Assembly: GCF_049860565.1 (NCBI RefSeq)
Contig: NZ_CP172056.1
Coordinates: 2,103,543 to 2,127,542 of the forward strand
Direction: 5' to 3'
Source: Desulfitobacterium nosdiversum
GTDB taxonomy: Bacteria > Bacillota > Desulfitobacteriia > Desulfitobacteriales > Desulfitobacteriaceae
Length of the DNA: 24,000 bases
The notes under the pieces are model-generated. The model was not told the origin of the DNA, ran no database searches, and was given only the letters and a program-made list of their open reading frames with translations. Each line of letters begins with the position of its first letter. The stretch's first letter is position 1. Positions 7,941 through 17,097 of this stretch are shown here, piece after piece. The position numbers and the translations under genes are program-made.

Positions 7941-7969
7941 TTGACTCACTCCTGCTAAAAGAGTATAGT
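7941..7969 (+). promoter_or_regulatory. Sigma-A-type promoter for corA
   Basis: TTGACT (7941-7946), 17-nt spacer, TATAGT (7964-7969), then the corA start at 8006/8009. Confidence 0.75.
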
Positions 7970-8005
7970 GAGTGTGCATTCGGCGTGGGCTAAAGGAGTG
8001 AAGCG

Positions 8006-8959
8006 GTGATGCTTAAGCTTTTTAAGAACGACGGAGAAACATTTACAGATTTAAATATTACGCACTTAATGAAGGGAACATGGCTAAAGCTGGTCAATCC
8101 GTCGTCTGAAGAACTCAATGCAGTTTCAGAAGCGACCGGAGCACCGCTTGATTTTTTAAAAGCCGCTCTCGATGAAGAAGAACGCTCGCGGATTGAACTT
8201 GAGGAAGAATGTATTCTCGTACTCACGAACATTCCGATTATGCTGAATGAAACAAATTATGACACGCTGCCTTTAGGAATTATTAGTACGGAAGATTATC
8301 TGATTACTGTCTGCTTAGAGGATAATCCTGTCCTTACGGAATTTAATAAGGAAAACTATCGGAGTTTTAACACCGCGAAACGGACTCGTTTTCTCTTTCA
8401 AATCCTCTATAAATCTGCGACGTACTATTTAAAATACTTGCGCCAAATTAATAAACGGACGGACCAGATTGAAAGAGAATTGCGTCAATCTCTCAAAAAT
8501 CAGGAAATATTTCAGCTTATGGATCTCCAGAAAGGTTTAACCTATTTCACGGCATCCTTGAGGTCAAATGGGGTTGTGATGGATCGCCTTATGCGCTTGC
8601 GCTCCAATAGTCAAAGCCAGCATTTGATCAAAATGTATGAAGAGGACGAAGATCTGCTCGAGGATGTTATCATTGAGAATAACCAGGCAATCCAGATGGT
8701 AGAAATGTACACCAATATTTTAAGCAGCATGACAGATGCCTTTGCCTCAATCATCTCGAACAATTTGAACATGGTCATGAAATTTCTAGCATCGATGACC
8801 ATTATTTTAGCAGTTCCAACAATGATTGCGAGTTTTTGGGGCATGAACGTTAGCGTTCCTTTCAGCAACCATCCTTTCGGTTTTCTAATCATTTTGGTTA
8901 CAGCTACCTGCATAGCAGGTGTAAGCTCGTTTGTCCTATGGAGGAAGAATATGTTCTAA
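8006..8959 (+). CDS. corA: CorA family divalent cation (magnesium) transporter
   Basis: C-terminal two-TM region with the YGMNV-like GxN signature (FWGMNVSVPFSNHPFGF); long acidic/helical N-terminal domain typical of the CorA family. Confidence 0.9.
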   Translation: MMLKLFKNDGETFTDLNITHLMKGTWLKLVNPSSEELNAVSEATGAPLDFLKAALDEEERSRIELEEECILVLTNIPIMLNETNYDTLPLGIISTEDYLITVCLEDNPVLTEFNKENYRSFNTAKRTRFLFQILYKSATYYLKYLRQINKRTDQIERELRQSLKNQEIFQLMDLQKGLTYFTASLRSNGVVMDRLMRLRSNSQSQHLIKMYEEDEDLLEDVIIENNQAIQMVEMYTNILSSMTDAFASIISNNLNMVMKFLASMTIILAVPTMIASFWGMNVSVPFSNHPFGFLIILVTATCIAGVSSFVLWRKNMF

Positions 8960-9017
8960 GGTTCGCATAAGGCGGCTCTGATCTATAAATGAAGGTAAAC
9001 TAAGTCTGAATGATTAA

Positions 9018-9046
9018 AAAGAGAGCAATAGGCTCTCTTTCCTTTT
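9018..9046 (+). terminator. Rho-independent terminator after corA
   Basis: AAAGAGAGC (9018-9026) AATAG GCTCTCTTT (9032-9040) followed by CCTTTT. Confidence 0.7.
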
Positions 9047-9051
9047 ACTGG

Positions 9052-9080
9052 TTGAAACGAGTAAAATCATTGTGTATGAT
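9052..9080 (+). promoter_or_regulatory. Sigma-A-type promoter for the xseA-xseB-ispA-dxs block
   Basis: TTGAAA (9052-9057), 17-nt spacer, TATGAT (9075-9080). Confidence 0.65.
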
Positions 9081-9098
9081 GAGTCTGAGGTGAATATT

Positions 9099-10310
9099 GT
9101 GCCGAGAATTTGGACTGTTGCCGAATTAACAACAGAAATTAGTCGTACCCTAAGTGATAATGAGGCTTTAGAAAACTGTTGGGTGAGCGGTGAGCTTTCT
9201 AATTATAAGAATCATCGTCCATCAGGACACTGGTATTTTACATTGAAGGACTCTTCATCAAGCATGAAGGCTGTTATGTTTCGCAGCCGTGCAGAGCGGG
9301 TTCGTTTTACTCCACAGGATGGAATGAAAGTTTTAGTACGGGGCAGCGTAAAAGTATACGATCGGGATGGCAGCGTTCAGCTCTATGCTGAGGAAATGCA
9401 GCCAAGCGGAGTAGGTGCACTCTATCTGGCTTTTGAACAATTAAAGCAGCGTTTGGAGGCAGAGGGACTTTTTGCTCCGGAACATAAAAAGCCCATCCCT
9501 AAAATACCCCGACGCATAGGTATTGTCACAAGTCCAACCGGTGCAGCCATCCGTGATATATTAAAAGTGATGCAGCGCCGCTCCCCAAACCTCTCTTGGA
9601 TATTAGCCCCCGCGGCGGTTCAGGGAGAACAGGCTCCCCAAGAAGTCGCTCAAGCGATTGAACGATTAAATCGTTATGGTAATATCGATGTACTTATCGT
9701 AGGCCGGGGTGGAGGCTCCTTGGAAGAGCTATGGGCATTTAATACGGAGGATGTGGCTCGAGCTATAGCCGCTTCTGTAATCCCGGTTATTTCGGCGGTA
9801 GGGCATGAAACTGATTTTACAATTGCAGATATGGTGGCTGATTTAAGGGCGCCGACCCCTTCAGCTGCCGCAGAACTTGCTGTCCCCGTTTTTCAGGAGC
9901 TGCGGTTAGACGTTGAAAAACTCAATGCTCGCTTGAGGGTGGGAATGGAAGGGCAAATTATACGTAAACGCGAGAGGCTGATGAGATTAGCAGAGAGTGG
10001 ACCGCTGCAAAACCCTTTTTGGAGGATTGCTCAAAATCGCCAGCGGCTGGATCAAGTCAGTTCAGCACTGGAACAAGGGATGACTAGATTTGTTTCGGAT
10101 AAAAATGGTATACTAAAAATATTGGCTGCAAAGCTTGATTTACTGAGCCCTTTAGCGATTCTGGGACGGGGGTATTCCTTAACTTATTCAGAAGAGGGAA
10201 AAATTCTTCGATCCAGTAAAGAAACTCATCCGGGGGATAAAATAAAGGTTCGACTCAATGAAGGTTCACTGGCCTGTCAGGTCATTACAAACGAATATGG
10301 AGAAGAATGA
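9099..10310 (+). CDS. xseA: Exodeoxyribonuclease VII large subunit
   Basis: VAELTTEISRTLSDNEALENCWVSGELSNYK; HWYFTLKD; GIVTSPTGAAIRDI; GRGGGSLEELWAFN; PVISAVGHETDFTIADMVADLRAPTPSAAAE. ORF listed from 9072, but the promoter and the RBS GAGGTGA (9087-9093) favour GTG 9099. Confidence 0.95.
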   Translation: MPRIWTVAELTTEISRTLSDNEALENCWVSGELSNYKNHRPSGHWYFTLKDSSSSMKAVMFRSRAERVRFTPQDGMKVLVRGSVKVYDRDGSVQLYAEEMQPSGVGALYLAFEQLKQRLEAEGLFAPEHKKPIPKIPRRIGIVTSPTGAAIRDILKVMQRRSPNLSWILAPAAVQGEQAPQEVAQAIERLNRYGNIDVLIVGRGGGSLEELWAFNTEDVARAIAASVIPVISAVGHETDFTIADMVADLRAPTPSAAAELAVPVFQELRLDVEKLNARLRVGMEGQIIRKRERLMRLAESGPLQNPFWRIAQNRQRLDQVSSALEQGMTRFVSDKNGILKILAAKLDLLSPLAILGRGYSLTYSEEGKILRSSKETHPGDKIKVRLNEGSLACQVITNEYGEE

Positions 10311-10332
10311 GATTAAAGGGGATAAAATAAAG

Positions 10333-10575
10333 ATGTCTGGAAAGCAAGAGATAACGTTTGAAGAAGGAATTGGGAAGCTTGAGCAAATTGTTCGCGAACT
10401 TGAGCAGAAAGAGGTTTCCCTTGAAGACGCCCTTAATTTATTCCGTGAAGGAATAGAGATGGTTCAACATTGTAACGGTTTATTGGATCATGCGGAGAAA
10501 CAAATGGAGATTCTCCTTGAAGGTCCAGGGGGTGAGCTCGAAGTTCGCCCTGCAGATTTTGCAGTGGAAGGATGA
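10333..10575 (+). CDS. xseB: Exodeoxyribonuclease VII small subunit
   Basis: ITFEEGIGKLEQIVRELEQKEVSLEDALNLFREGIEMVQHC, classic XseB. Start trimmed from 10258 to ATG 10333. Confidence 0.93.
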   Translation: MSGKQEITFEEGIGKLEQIVRELEQKEVSLEDALNLFREGIEMVQHCNGLLDHAEKQMEILLEGPGGELEVRPADFAVEG

Positions 10576-10582
10576 CCTATTC

Positions 10583-11452
10583 ATGTTTCGTACCATGTTA
10601 AAAAATTACGCAGCAAAAATTGAAGCTTTTTTGACAAACTTGCCTTGGGATGAAGCGACTATGGGGCAGAGTATGCGTTACTCATTAGTGGGAGGAGGAA
10701 AACGTATCCGCCCGGTCTTAGCCTTGGCTACAGCAGAAGCTGTAGGCGGAGATGCTGAAACTGTTCTTCCTGCAGCCTGTTCTTTAGAATTGATTCATAC
10801 CTATTCACTGATTCACGATGATCTTCCGGCAATGGATAACGATGATTACCGCAGAGGACGGCTATCCAATCATAAGGTGTTTGGTGAGGGAAATGCAATT
10901 CTTGCGGGAGATGGGCTATTGACCTATGCTTTTGAAATACTGGCCCAACCGCTTTCGGCTGTTTCCCTTGAACGGCAGTTACGGGTTATTCAGGAGGTCG
11001 CTCAGGCAGCAGGACCGGCTGGAATGGTCGGCGGTCAGGTTTTAGATCTAGCTGCGGAGGGGAAAACATTAACGCTGGAAGAGGTCGAACAGATCCATCG
11101 CTTAAAAACAGGGGCGATGCTTACCGTTTCAGCTCGGCTCGGCGGAATTTTGGGCGGGGGAACGGAAGAGCAGATTCAAGCTTTAACACGATATGCCCAA
11201 GCACTCGGATTGGCTTTTCAAATCAAAGATGATATTTTGGACTTAGAAGGGGATAGCAAAACTTTAGGTAAACCTGTAAAAAGTGATTTAAAACAAGAGA
11301 AATCAACCTATCCTTCCTTATTGGGAATAACTGGGGCAAAAGAGCAGCTCGCTCTGCAAGTTCAGGAAGCCCATAAAGCGCTGACAGTTTTTAATAAGTC
11401 GACGGACTTTTTATATTTACTTGCAGATTATATTGCTGAACGCAAAAGTTGA
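10583..11452 (+). CDS. ispA: Polyprenyl (farnesyl/geranyl) diphosphate synthase
   Basis: MRYSLVGGGKRIRPVL; first Asp-rich motif DDLPAMDND; DDILD motif (FQIKDDILDLEGD). Start trimmed from 10490 to ATG 10583. Confidence 0.95.
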   Translation: MFRTMLKNYAAKIEAFLTNLPWDEATMGQSMRYSLVGGGKRIRPVLALATAEAVGGDAETVLPAACSLELIHTYSLIHDDLPAMDNDDYRRGRLSNHKVFGEGNAILAGDGLLTYAFEILAQPLSAVSLERQLRVIQEVAQAAGPAGMVGGQVLDLAAEGKTLTLEEVEQIHRLKTGAMLTVSARLGGILGGGTEEQIQALTRYAQALGLAFQIKDDILDLEGDSKTLGKPVKSDLKQEKSTYPSLLGITGAKEQLALQVQEAHKALTVFNKSTDFLYLLADYIAERKS

Positions 11453-11460
11453 GGTGGACT

Positions 11461-11904
11461 ATGCCAATCTATCCGGGGATTCTCCATAATACCATATTAT
11501 TTTCAGCCATTGCCGCTTGGTTAGTGGCTCAACTTATTAAAGTTATCATTAATTTTATGGTTCATCGTACTTTTGACATTTATTTTCTAATGAGTTCGGG
11601 AGGATTTCCAAGTTCGCATTCGGCTACAGTCAGTGCCGTTGCCTTAGGGGTCGGCAAATACTATGGATGGGATTCCCCAATTTTTGCCGTGGCGGCCGTT
11701 TTGGCGATGATTGTTATGTATGATGCGGCTGGAGTGCGGCGAGAAGCTGGAAAGCAAGCGGAAGTTATCAACCGGCTCGTGGCGGAATTGTACCACCAAT
11801 TGTCTAACCTATCTCAGGAACGCTTAAAGGAGTTAATCGGGCATTCTCCTTTAGAAGTTTTTGCAGGGGCAATTGTTGGCATTATTGTTGGATTGATTGT
11901 TTAA
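11461..11904 (+). CDS. Divergent PAP2 family membrane protein (YuiD-like)
   Basis: SSGGFPSSHSATVSAVALGVG, VMYDAAGVRREAGKQAEVIN, LKELIGHSPLEVFAGAIVGIIVG. ATG 11461 preceded by GAGGTGG. Confidence 0.88.
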   Translation: MPIYPGILHNTILFSAIAAWLVAQLIKVIINFMVHRTFDIYFLMSSGGFPSSHSATVSAVALGVGKYYGWDSPIFAVAAVLAMIVMYDAAGVRREAGKQAEVINRLVAELYHQLSNLSQERLKELIGHSPLEVFAGAIVGIIVGLIV

Positions 11905-11943
11905 AAATGTGTAAACTCATTATATGAGGAGGTTCATATCCTT

Positions 11944-12546
11944 TTGGGTTATAAACGTAAAAGTTGGAAGCATCTCTTTTTTGTTTTTTCTTTAAGCTTT
12001 TTAATTGCGTTGCTTGCTGGTTTTGGTTCGGAGCTTTTAATGAGAAAAACATCAATATGGGTAGCTTGGATCCTGCTTTTTGTGGTGATTGGCATCCATG
12101 TTGTTTTCGATATTATCGGAATTGCGGCTACGGCGGCCACGGAAAAACCCCATCATGCCAAGGCGGCAAATCGTATCATGGGGGCAAAGCAGGCGGTTTA
12201 TCTTGTGCGTAATGCAGATTTAGTGGCGAACTTCGCTAATGATATTGTCGGCGATGTCTCAGGTACATTAAGTGGAGCCATGGCAGCCTCAATTATTATC
12301 GATCTTATGCGTTATTATCCATCTATGGAGAGTCAGGAAATCCTTTGGAATACATTGATGCTGGCCTTTGTGGCCTCAATTACGGTAACGACGAAAGCGT
12401 TAGGAAAATCTTTCGCAATTTATGAGGCTGATGCAATTATAGGTAAAGTAGGAGTTATCATTGCAAGCCTTGAACGGGTTACGGGCCGATCCTTTACACA
12501 ACCTAAGAAAGGGGGAAAGAGAAGTGGGGATTCTCGAAAGAATTAA
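11944..12546 (+). CDS. Conserved hypothetical integral membrane protein
   Basis: TTG start with AGGAGG (11927-11932). Several hydrophobic segments; conserved-looking core [43 protein letters not shown]. Located between yuiD-like and dxs. Confidence 0.8.
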   Translation: MGYKRKSWKHLFFVFSLSFLIALLAGFGSELLMRKTSIWVAWILLFVVIGIHVVFDIIGIAATAATEKPHHAKAANRIMGAKQAVYLVRNADLVANFANDIVGDVSGTLSGAMAASIIIDLMRYYPSMESQEILWNTLMLAFVASITVTTKALGKSFAIYEADAIIGKVGVIIASLERVTGRSFTQPKKGGKRSGDSRKN

Positions 12547-14422
12547 ACAGCCTAGAGATTTAAAAACGCTGAATGAGCAGGAACTGAAACTTCTCGCCCA
12601 GGAAATCCGAGAAGAAATCATCGATGTTGTCTCGGCGAACGGAGGACATTTGGCCCCTAATTTAGGGGTTGTTGAACTTACGTTAGCCATTCATCGTGTC
12701 TTTGATTCGCCAATAGATAAACTGATTTGGGATGTAGGTCATCAGACGTATGTTCATAAACTGCTGACCGGCCGCCAAAATGAATTCAAAAGCCTTCGGC
12801 TCCATAATGGACTTTCAGGGTTTCCCAAGCGTCAGGAAAGTCCTCACGATTGTTTTGAAACAGGTCATTCCAGCACCTCAATATCAGCGGCTGTCGGCTT
12901 TGCCAAAGCAAGGGATCTTCTTCAGGAAAAATTCCATGTTGTAGCTGTCATTGGGGATGGGGCAATGTCCGGAGGAATGGCTTATGAGGCGTTGAATCAT
13001 GCCGGGCATAGCAAGACAAACATGATCGTGATTCTTAATGATAATGAAATGTCCATTTCTCATAATGTGGGGGCGTTATCAACCTATTTATGCCGGCTGC
13101 GGACGGACCCCCGCTATGCTCGCAGCAAGGAAGAAATTGAACAGCTCCTTAAAAAAATTCCGCGAATCGGAGATAAGGTAGCTAAAGCTGCGGAAAGAGC
13201 TAAAGATAGTTTAAAGTACCTTTTTGTACCGGGTTTATGGTTTGAGGAATTGGGCTTTACCTATTTAGGACCCATTGACGGACATGATCAGCTTTTAGTT
13301 GAGCAAACTTTGGAACAGGCAAAACAGAAGAAGGGACCCGTGCTGATCCATGTCATTACAAAGAAAGGAAAGGGCTATCCTCCTGCTGAAAAAAATCCTG
13401 ATGTTTTTCATGGCGTTGGTCCATTTGACAAGGAAACCGGAGCAATTCTGAAAAAGTCGACTGTTCCCACCTATACGCAGGTTTTTGGAGAGACCTTATG
13501 CAGACTGGCTGAAGAAAATCCTAAAATTACGGCTATAACAGCGGCAATGCCGAGCGGAACGGGCTTAAACCTTTTCGCAAAGCGTTTTCCCGACCGTTTT
13601 TTTGATGTGGGGATTGCCGAACAACATGCGGTTACCTTTGCTTCGGCGCTTGCCTTCGGAGGAATGAAGCCTGTTGTTTCGATTTATTCAACGTTTTACC
13701 AAAGAGCGTTTGATCAGGTCTTGCATGACGTTTGTTTGCCTAAGTCGAATGTCGTTTTAGCTATTGACAGGGCAGGTGTTGTCGGAGACGATGGCCCTAC
13801 TCACCATGGTATTTTTGATATTTCTTTTTTACGGGTTATTCCCAATTTGGTCTTTATGGCGCCGAAAGACGAGAACGAACTTCAACATATGCTTTATACG
13901 GCTCTACGTCAGGAAGGGCCTGTTGCTTTGCGTTATCCTCGGTCAGTCGGGCAAGGGGTTGCTCTTGATGAAAATTTTAAAGAATTGCCGATTGGACAAG
14001 CTGAAGTTTTAAGGGAGGGTAAAGACCTGACTTTGATCGGGACGGGTCCTCTTGTTTATACGTGTCTGGAGGCGGCTGAAGAGCTTCGTCAGGGCGGTGT
14101 GGAAGCAGCTGTTATTAATTTACGCTTTCTTAAACCGCTTGATAAGGAAACCATCCTCCATTATGCTTATTTGACGAAGCGAATGATCACGGTTGAAGAT
14201 CATATTCTGGCAGGCGGCATGGGAAGCGCAGTTCTTGAAACTCTGGCTGATGCAGGATTGAAGGATGTAGGCATTGAATGTATTGGTTATGAGAGTTTTG
14301 TGGAACAGGGTTCAATTTCTCTGCTCCAGCGGGAAAATGGCTTATCTGTTGAGGGGATCCTTCAAGCGGCCGAACGGCTGAAGATTTTGCATCGTGTTCG
14401 AGAAGGGAGAAATCGTGGCTAA
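12524..14422 (+). CDS. dxs: 1-deoxy-D-xylulose-5-phosphate synthase
   Basis: [17 protein letters not shown]; [14 protein letters not shown]; [21 protein letters not shown]; [15 protein letters not shown]; [23 protein letters not shown]; [11 protein letters not shown] 12524 preceded by AGGGGGAAAG. Confidence 0.97.
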   Translation: MGILERIKQPRDLKTLNEQELKLLAQEIREEIIDVVSANGGHLAPNLGVVELTLAIHRVFDSPIDKLIWDVGHQTYVHKLLTGRQNEFKSLRLHNGLSGFPKRQESPHDCFETGHSSTSISAAVGFAKARDLLQEKFHVVAVIGDGAMSGGMAYEALNHAGHSKTNMIVILNDNEMSISHNVGALSTYLCRLRTDPRYARSKEEIEQLLKKIPRIGDKVAKAAERAKDSLKYLFVPGLWFEELGFTYLGPIDGHDQLLVEQTLEQAKQKKGPVLIHVITKKGKGYPPAEKNPDVFHGVGPFDKETGAILKKSTVPTYTQVFGETLCRLAEENPKITAITAAMPSGTGLNLFAKRFPDRFFDVGIAEQHAVTFASALAFGGMKPVVSIYSTFYQRAFDQVLHDVCLPKSNVVLAIDRAGVVGDDGPTHHGIFDISFLRVIPNLVFMAPKDENELQHMLYTALRQEGPVALRYPRSVGQGVALDENFKELPIGQAEVLREGKDLTLIGTGPLVYTCLEAAEELRQGGVEAAVINLRFLKPLDKETILHYAYLTKRMITVEDHILAGGMGSAVLETLADAGLKDVGIECIGYESFVEQGSISLLQRENGLSVEGILQAAERLKILHRVREGRNRG

Positions 14423-15224
14423 AGGTAAGGAACGACTAGATGTTTTACTCGTTCAGCAGGGACTCCTGCCGAGCCGTGAAAAGGCAAAAGCAGCGATCAT
14501 GGCAGGACTGATTTATACGGGAGGGCAACGCGCAGATAAACCGGGAATGGAGTTTCCGGAGACGACTGTTTTTGAATTCAAGGGACAAACTTTGCCTTAC
14601 GTATCCCGAGGCGGGTTGAAGCTTGAAAAAGCGTTAAAGGTTTTTCCCGTTGACTTTTCGCAATGTGTCATTGCCGATATGGGAGCTTCCACCGGGGGCT
14701 TTACGGATTGTGCCTTGCAGAATGGTGCAGCTCGGATATATGCAATTGATGTGGGATATGGTCAATTGGACTGGAAATTGAGAACAGATCCAAGAGTTGT
14801 TTCGATGGAACGGGTCAATGCCCGCTATTTGACGGCTGACGATCTTCCGGAAAAGGTGGATTGGGTTGTTTCGGATTTGGCCTTTATTTCGGTAACTAAA
14901 GTATTTACGGCGATGCGTGCGATCCTTCATGATAAAGGGCAAGTGATATCTCTGATTAAACCCCAATTTGAAGCAGGGCGTGAACAGGTCGGTAAAAAAG
15001 GGGTTGTTAAAGATCCTGATATTCATGCTCAAGTTATTATTCAGGTTCTTAGTGAGGCTGAGGCTCATGGTTTTACTATACGCGGAATCGAATATTCTCC
15101 CATTCGAGGACCGGAAGGAAATATCGAGTATCTGGCTTGGCTGGCTGTCCAAGGTGATGAAGGCATAGACTGGCGGTCAAAGGTTGCCGATTTGGTTCAG
15201 CGAGCACAGAGAGGAACGGAGTGA
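14415..15224 (+). CDS. tlyA: TlyA family rRNA (cytidine-2'-O)-methyltransferase / hemolysin-like, S4 domain
   Basis: S4 domain [29 protein letters not shown]; [52 protein letters not shown]; [24 protein letters not shown] 14415 after AGAAGGGAGA. Confidence 0.94.
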   Translation: MAKGKERLDVLLVQQGLLPSREKAKAAIMAGLIYTGGQRADKPGMEFPETTVFEFKGQTLPYVSRGGLKLEKALKVFPVDFSQCVIADMGASTGGFTDCALQNGAARIYAIDVGYGQLDWKLRTDPRVVSMERVNARYLTADDLPEKVDWVVSDLAFISVTKVFTAMRAILHDKGQVISLIKPQFEAGREQVGKKGVVKDPDIHAQVIIQVLSEAEAHGFTIRGIEYSPIRGPEGNIEYLAWLAVQGDEGIDWRSKVADLVQRAQRGTE

Positions 15225-16045
15225 AGCAGGTGGATCGAGTAGGCTTATGGGTTAACCAGAGCAAAGCCGAGTCACAGTCTTTAGCTTTACAGCTTACCCA
15301 TTGGTTCCGGTCTCTTGGCTGGGAGGTTTTAACGGAATGGGATGAAATCAAGGCTGAGGGCGTTACGTTTTTGATTTCACTCGGCGGGGACGGAACGCTT
15401 TTAGAGGCGGCTCGGGAAGCGTCACCCTATAAAATTCCTGTTTTAGGTGTTAATTTGGGGCGGTTAGGTTTTTTGTGCGAAATCGAGCGTGATGAAGTGT
15501 TTTTTGCCTTAAAGCTGGTTCTTGAGCAGCAATACAGCATCCAGGAACGATTGATGCTGGAGGCAGTGGTTAAACGAACCGATAAAAGCGAACTTAAATA
15601 TACAGTTCTCAATGATGTTGCTTTTCATCGTCAATGTACGGAAGGAATGGTTACCCTTCAGGCAAACATATCGGGAGAACCATCCGTGAGCTATCCTGCA
15701 GACGGCTTAATTGTTGCAACCCCTACGGGTTCAACTGCGTACTCCCTATCAGCAGGAGGGCCTATTATCAGCCCAGATGTGCAAGCGATTTTGCTGACTC
15801 CGCTGTCGGCGCATTCCTTATCCGCTCGACCGATGGTCGTCTCGGAAAAGGAGAGTATTGAAATTCTTTTAGCACGGGGAAAAGAATGTCAAATCACCTT
15901 TGATGGGCGTGAAGATCTTGTAATAAGACCGGGTGAAACTGTTCTGATCCGAACTTCACCGCTTAAAGCCCTTTTAATCCGACTTGGAAAAAGAAGTTTT
16001 CCGAGAGTGGTTCGTGAAAAGTTGAGGGACCGTTGGCATGAGTAA
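15221..16045 (+). CDS. nadK: NAD kinase
   Basis: FLISLGGDGTLLEAAR; VLGVNLGRLGFLCEI; DGLIVATPTGSTAYSLSAGGPIISPDVQAILLTPLSAHSLSARPMVV; FDGRED. Confidence 0.96.
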   Translation: MKQVDRVGLWVNQSKAESQSLALQLTHWFRSLGWEVLTEWDEIKAEGVTFLISLGGDGTLLEAAREASPYKIPVLGVNLGRLGFLCEIERDEVFFALKLVLEQQYSIQERLMLEAVVKRTDKSELKYTVLNDVAFHRQCTEGMVTLQANISGEPSVSYPADGLIVATPTGSTAYSLSAGGPIISPDVQAILLTPLSAHSLSARPMVVSEKESIEILLARGKECQITFDGREDLVIRPGETVLIRTSPLKALLIRLGKRSFPRVVREKLRDRWHE

Positions 16046-16619
16046 TCGAATTCAAGATATTCAAGGCTTTTTGCGCGAGATTCTCGTTCAGAGAATTAGG
16101 CCGGGAGACATCGCTTTGGATTTGACTGCCGGCCGGGGGCGTGATACTTTGTTTTTAGCCCAAGCAGTTGGTCCCAAAGGACGGGTACATGCGTTTGATA
16201 TCCAAGATAGGGCGTTAAAAGAAACTGAATGTTTGTTAAGTGAGCATGGTGTTGCAAAACGGGTTTCACTTCATGCCATAACCCATGCGCGAGTCAGGGA
16301 AGTTGTTTCAGAACCTATTAATATTGCCATGTTTAATTTAGGATATTTGCCTGGATCAGACCATTCTCTTACGACTCAGGCAGAATCAACACTTCTTGCT
16401 TTGCAGTCTGTTCTTGAAATGTTAACCTTAAATGGAATACTCGTTTTAACGATCTATCGGGGACATCCGGGCGGAGAAGAAGAAGCAAGTGCAGTTGATC
16501 AATTTTTAACGTCCTTACCTCGAAAATGCTTCAGCGTTCTTGAGGGTAAATACATCAATCAGGATCGGGAAGCTCCATATTGGGTTTTGGTGCAAAAGAA
16601 AAGGGAGGAAATCGGATGA
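16038..16619 (+). CDS. mnmM: Class I SAM-dependent methyltransferase, YtqB/MnmM-like (tRNA mnm5U34 methyltransferase family)
   Basis: DIALDLTAGRGRDTLFLAQ; FDIQDRAL; FNLGYLPGSDHSLTTQAESTLLALQ; YRGHPGGEEE. Confidence 0.82.
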   Translation: MSNRIQDIQGFLREILVQRIRPGDIALDLTAGRGRDTLFLAQAVGPKGRVHAFDIQDRALKETECLLSEHGVAKRVSLHAITHARVREVVSEPINIAMFNLGYLPGSDHSLTTQAESTLLALQSVLEMLTLNGILVLTIYRGHPGGEEEASAVDQFLTSLPRKCFSVLEGKYINQDREAPYWVLVQKKREEIG

Positions 16620-17068
16620 AGGCTCGGAGGCAAATGAAGATTCAGGAGATTATCACCAAAGAGGCCATTCATACCCAGGAAGAATTAGCGGAACATTTAC
16701 GGGAGGAAGGTTATGATGTAACCCAAGCGACCGTATCGCGGGATATCAAAGAAATGGGACTGATCAAAGTTCCTACTCCAGACGATGATTATCGCTATGC
16801 CATTCCTGGATCGGCTCAGACCGTCAATTCCTTGGAACGCTTAAAACGCAGGATGCAGGAAACAGTGGTCACCGTTAACGACAGTGAAAACCTGATCGTG
16901 ATCCGAACGATTCCTGGAAATGCTCAAGCACTTGCTGATTTAATTGATAAAGGAAATTGGAAAGAAATTATTGGCACGGTCGCCGGGGATGATACAATCC
17001 TCCTTGTGATTAAACCACTGAGTGCTGTTGCCGAAGTCCGCAAACGGATTGCAGACATCATGGGTTAA
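16616..17068 (+). CDS. argR: Arginine repressor
   Basis: MKIQEIITKEAIHTQEELAEHLREEGYDVTQATVSRDIKEMGLIKV; C-terminal GNAQALADLIDKGNWKEIIGTVAGDDTILLVI. ATG 16616 after GGGAGGA. Confidence 0.95.
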   Translation: MKARRQMKIQEIITKEAIHTQEELAEHLREEGYDVTQATVSRDIKEMGLIKVPTPDDDYRYAIPGSAQTVNSLERLKRRMQETVVTVNDSENLIVIRTIPGNAQALADLIDKGNWKEIIGTVAGDDTILLVIKPLSAVAEVRKRIADIMG

Positions 17069-17097
17069 GGCGTTTGAGTTAGAGAGGGGGGACTCTA

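Noticed and set aside
8611-8913. Minus-strand ORFs within corA (also 7990..8232)
   Set aside because: Shadow ORFs opposite a conserved CorA coding region.
14634-15152. 172-aa minus-strand ORF opposite tlyA
   Set aside because: Long but antisense to a highly conserved methyltransferase; the sequence resembles no family and has no RBS/promoter context.
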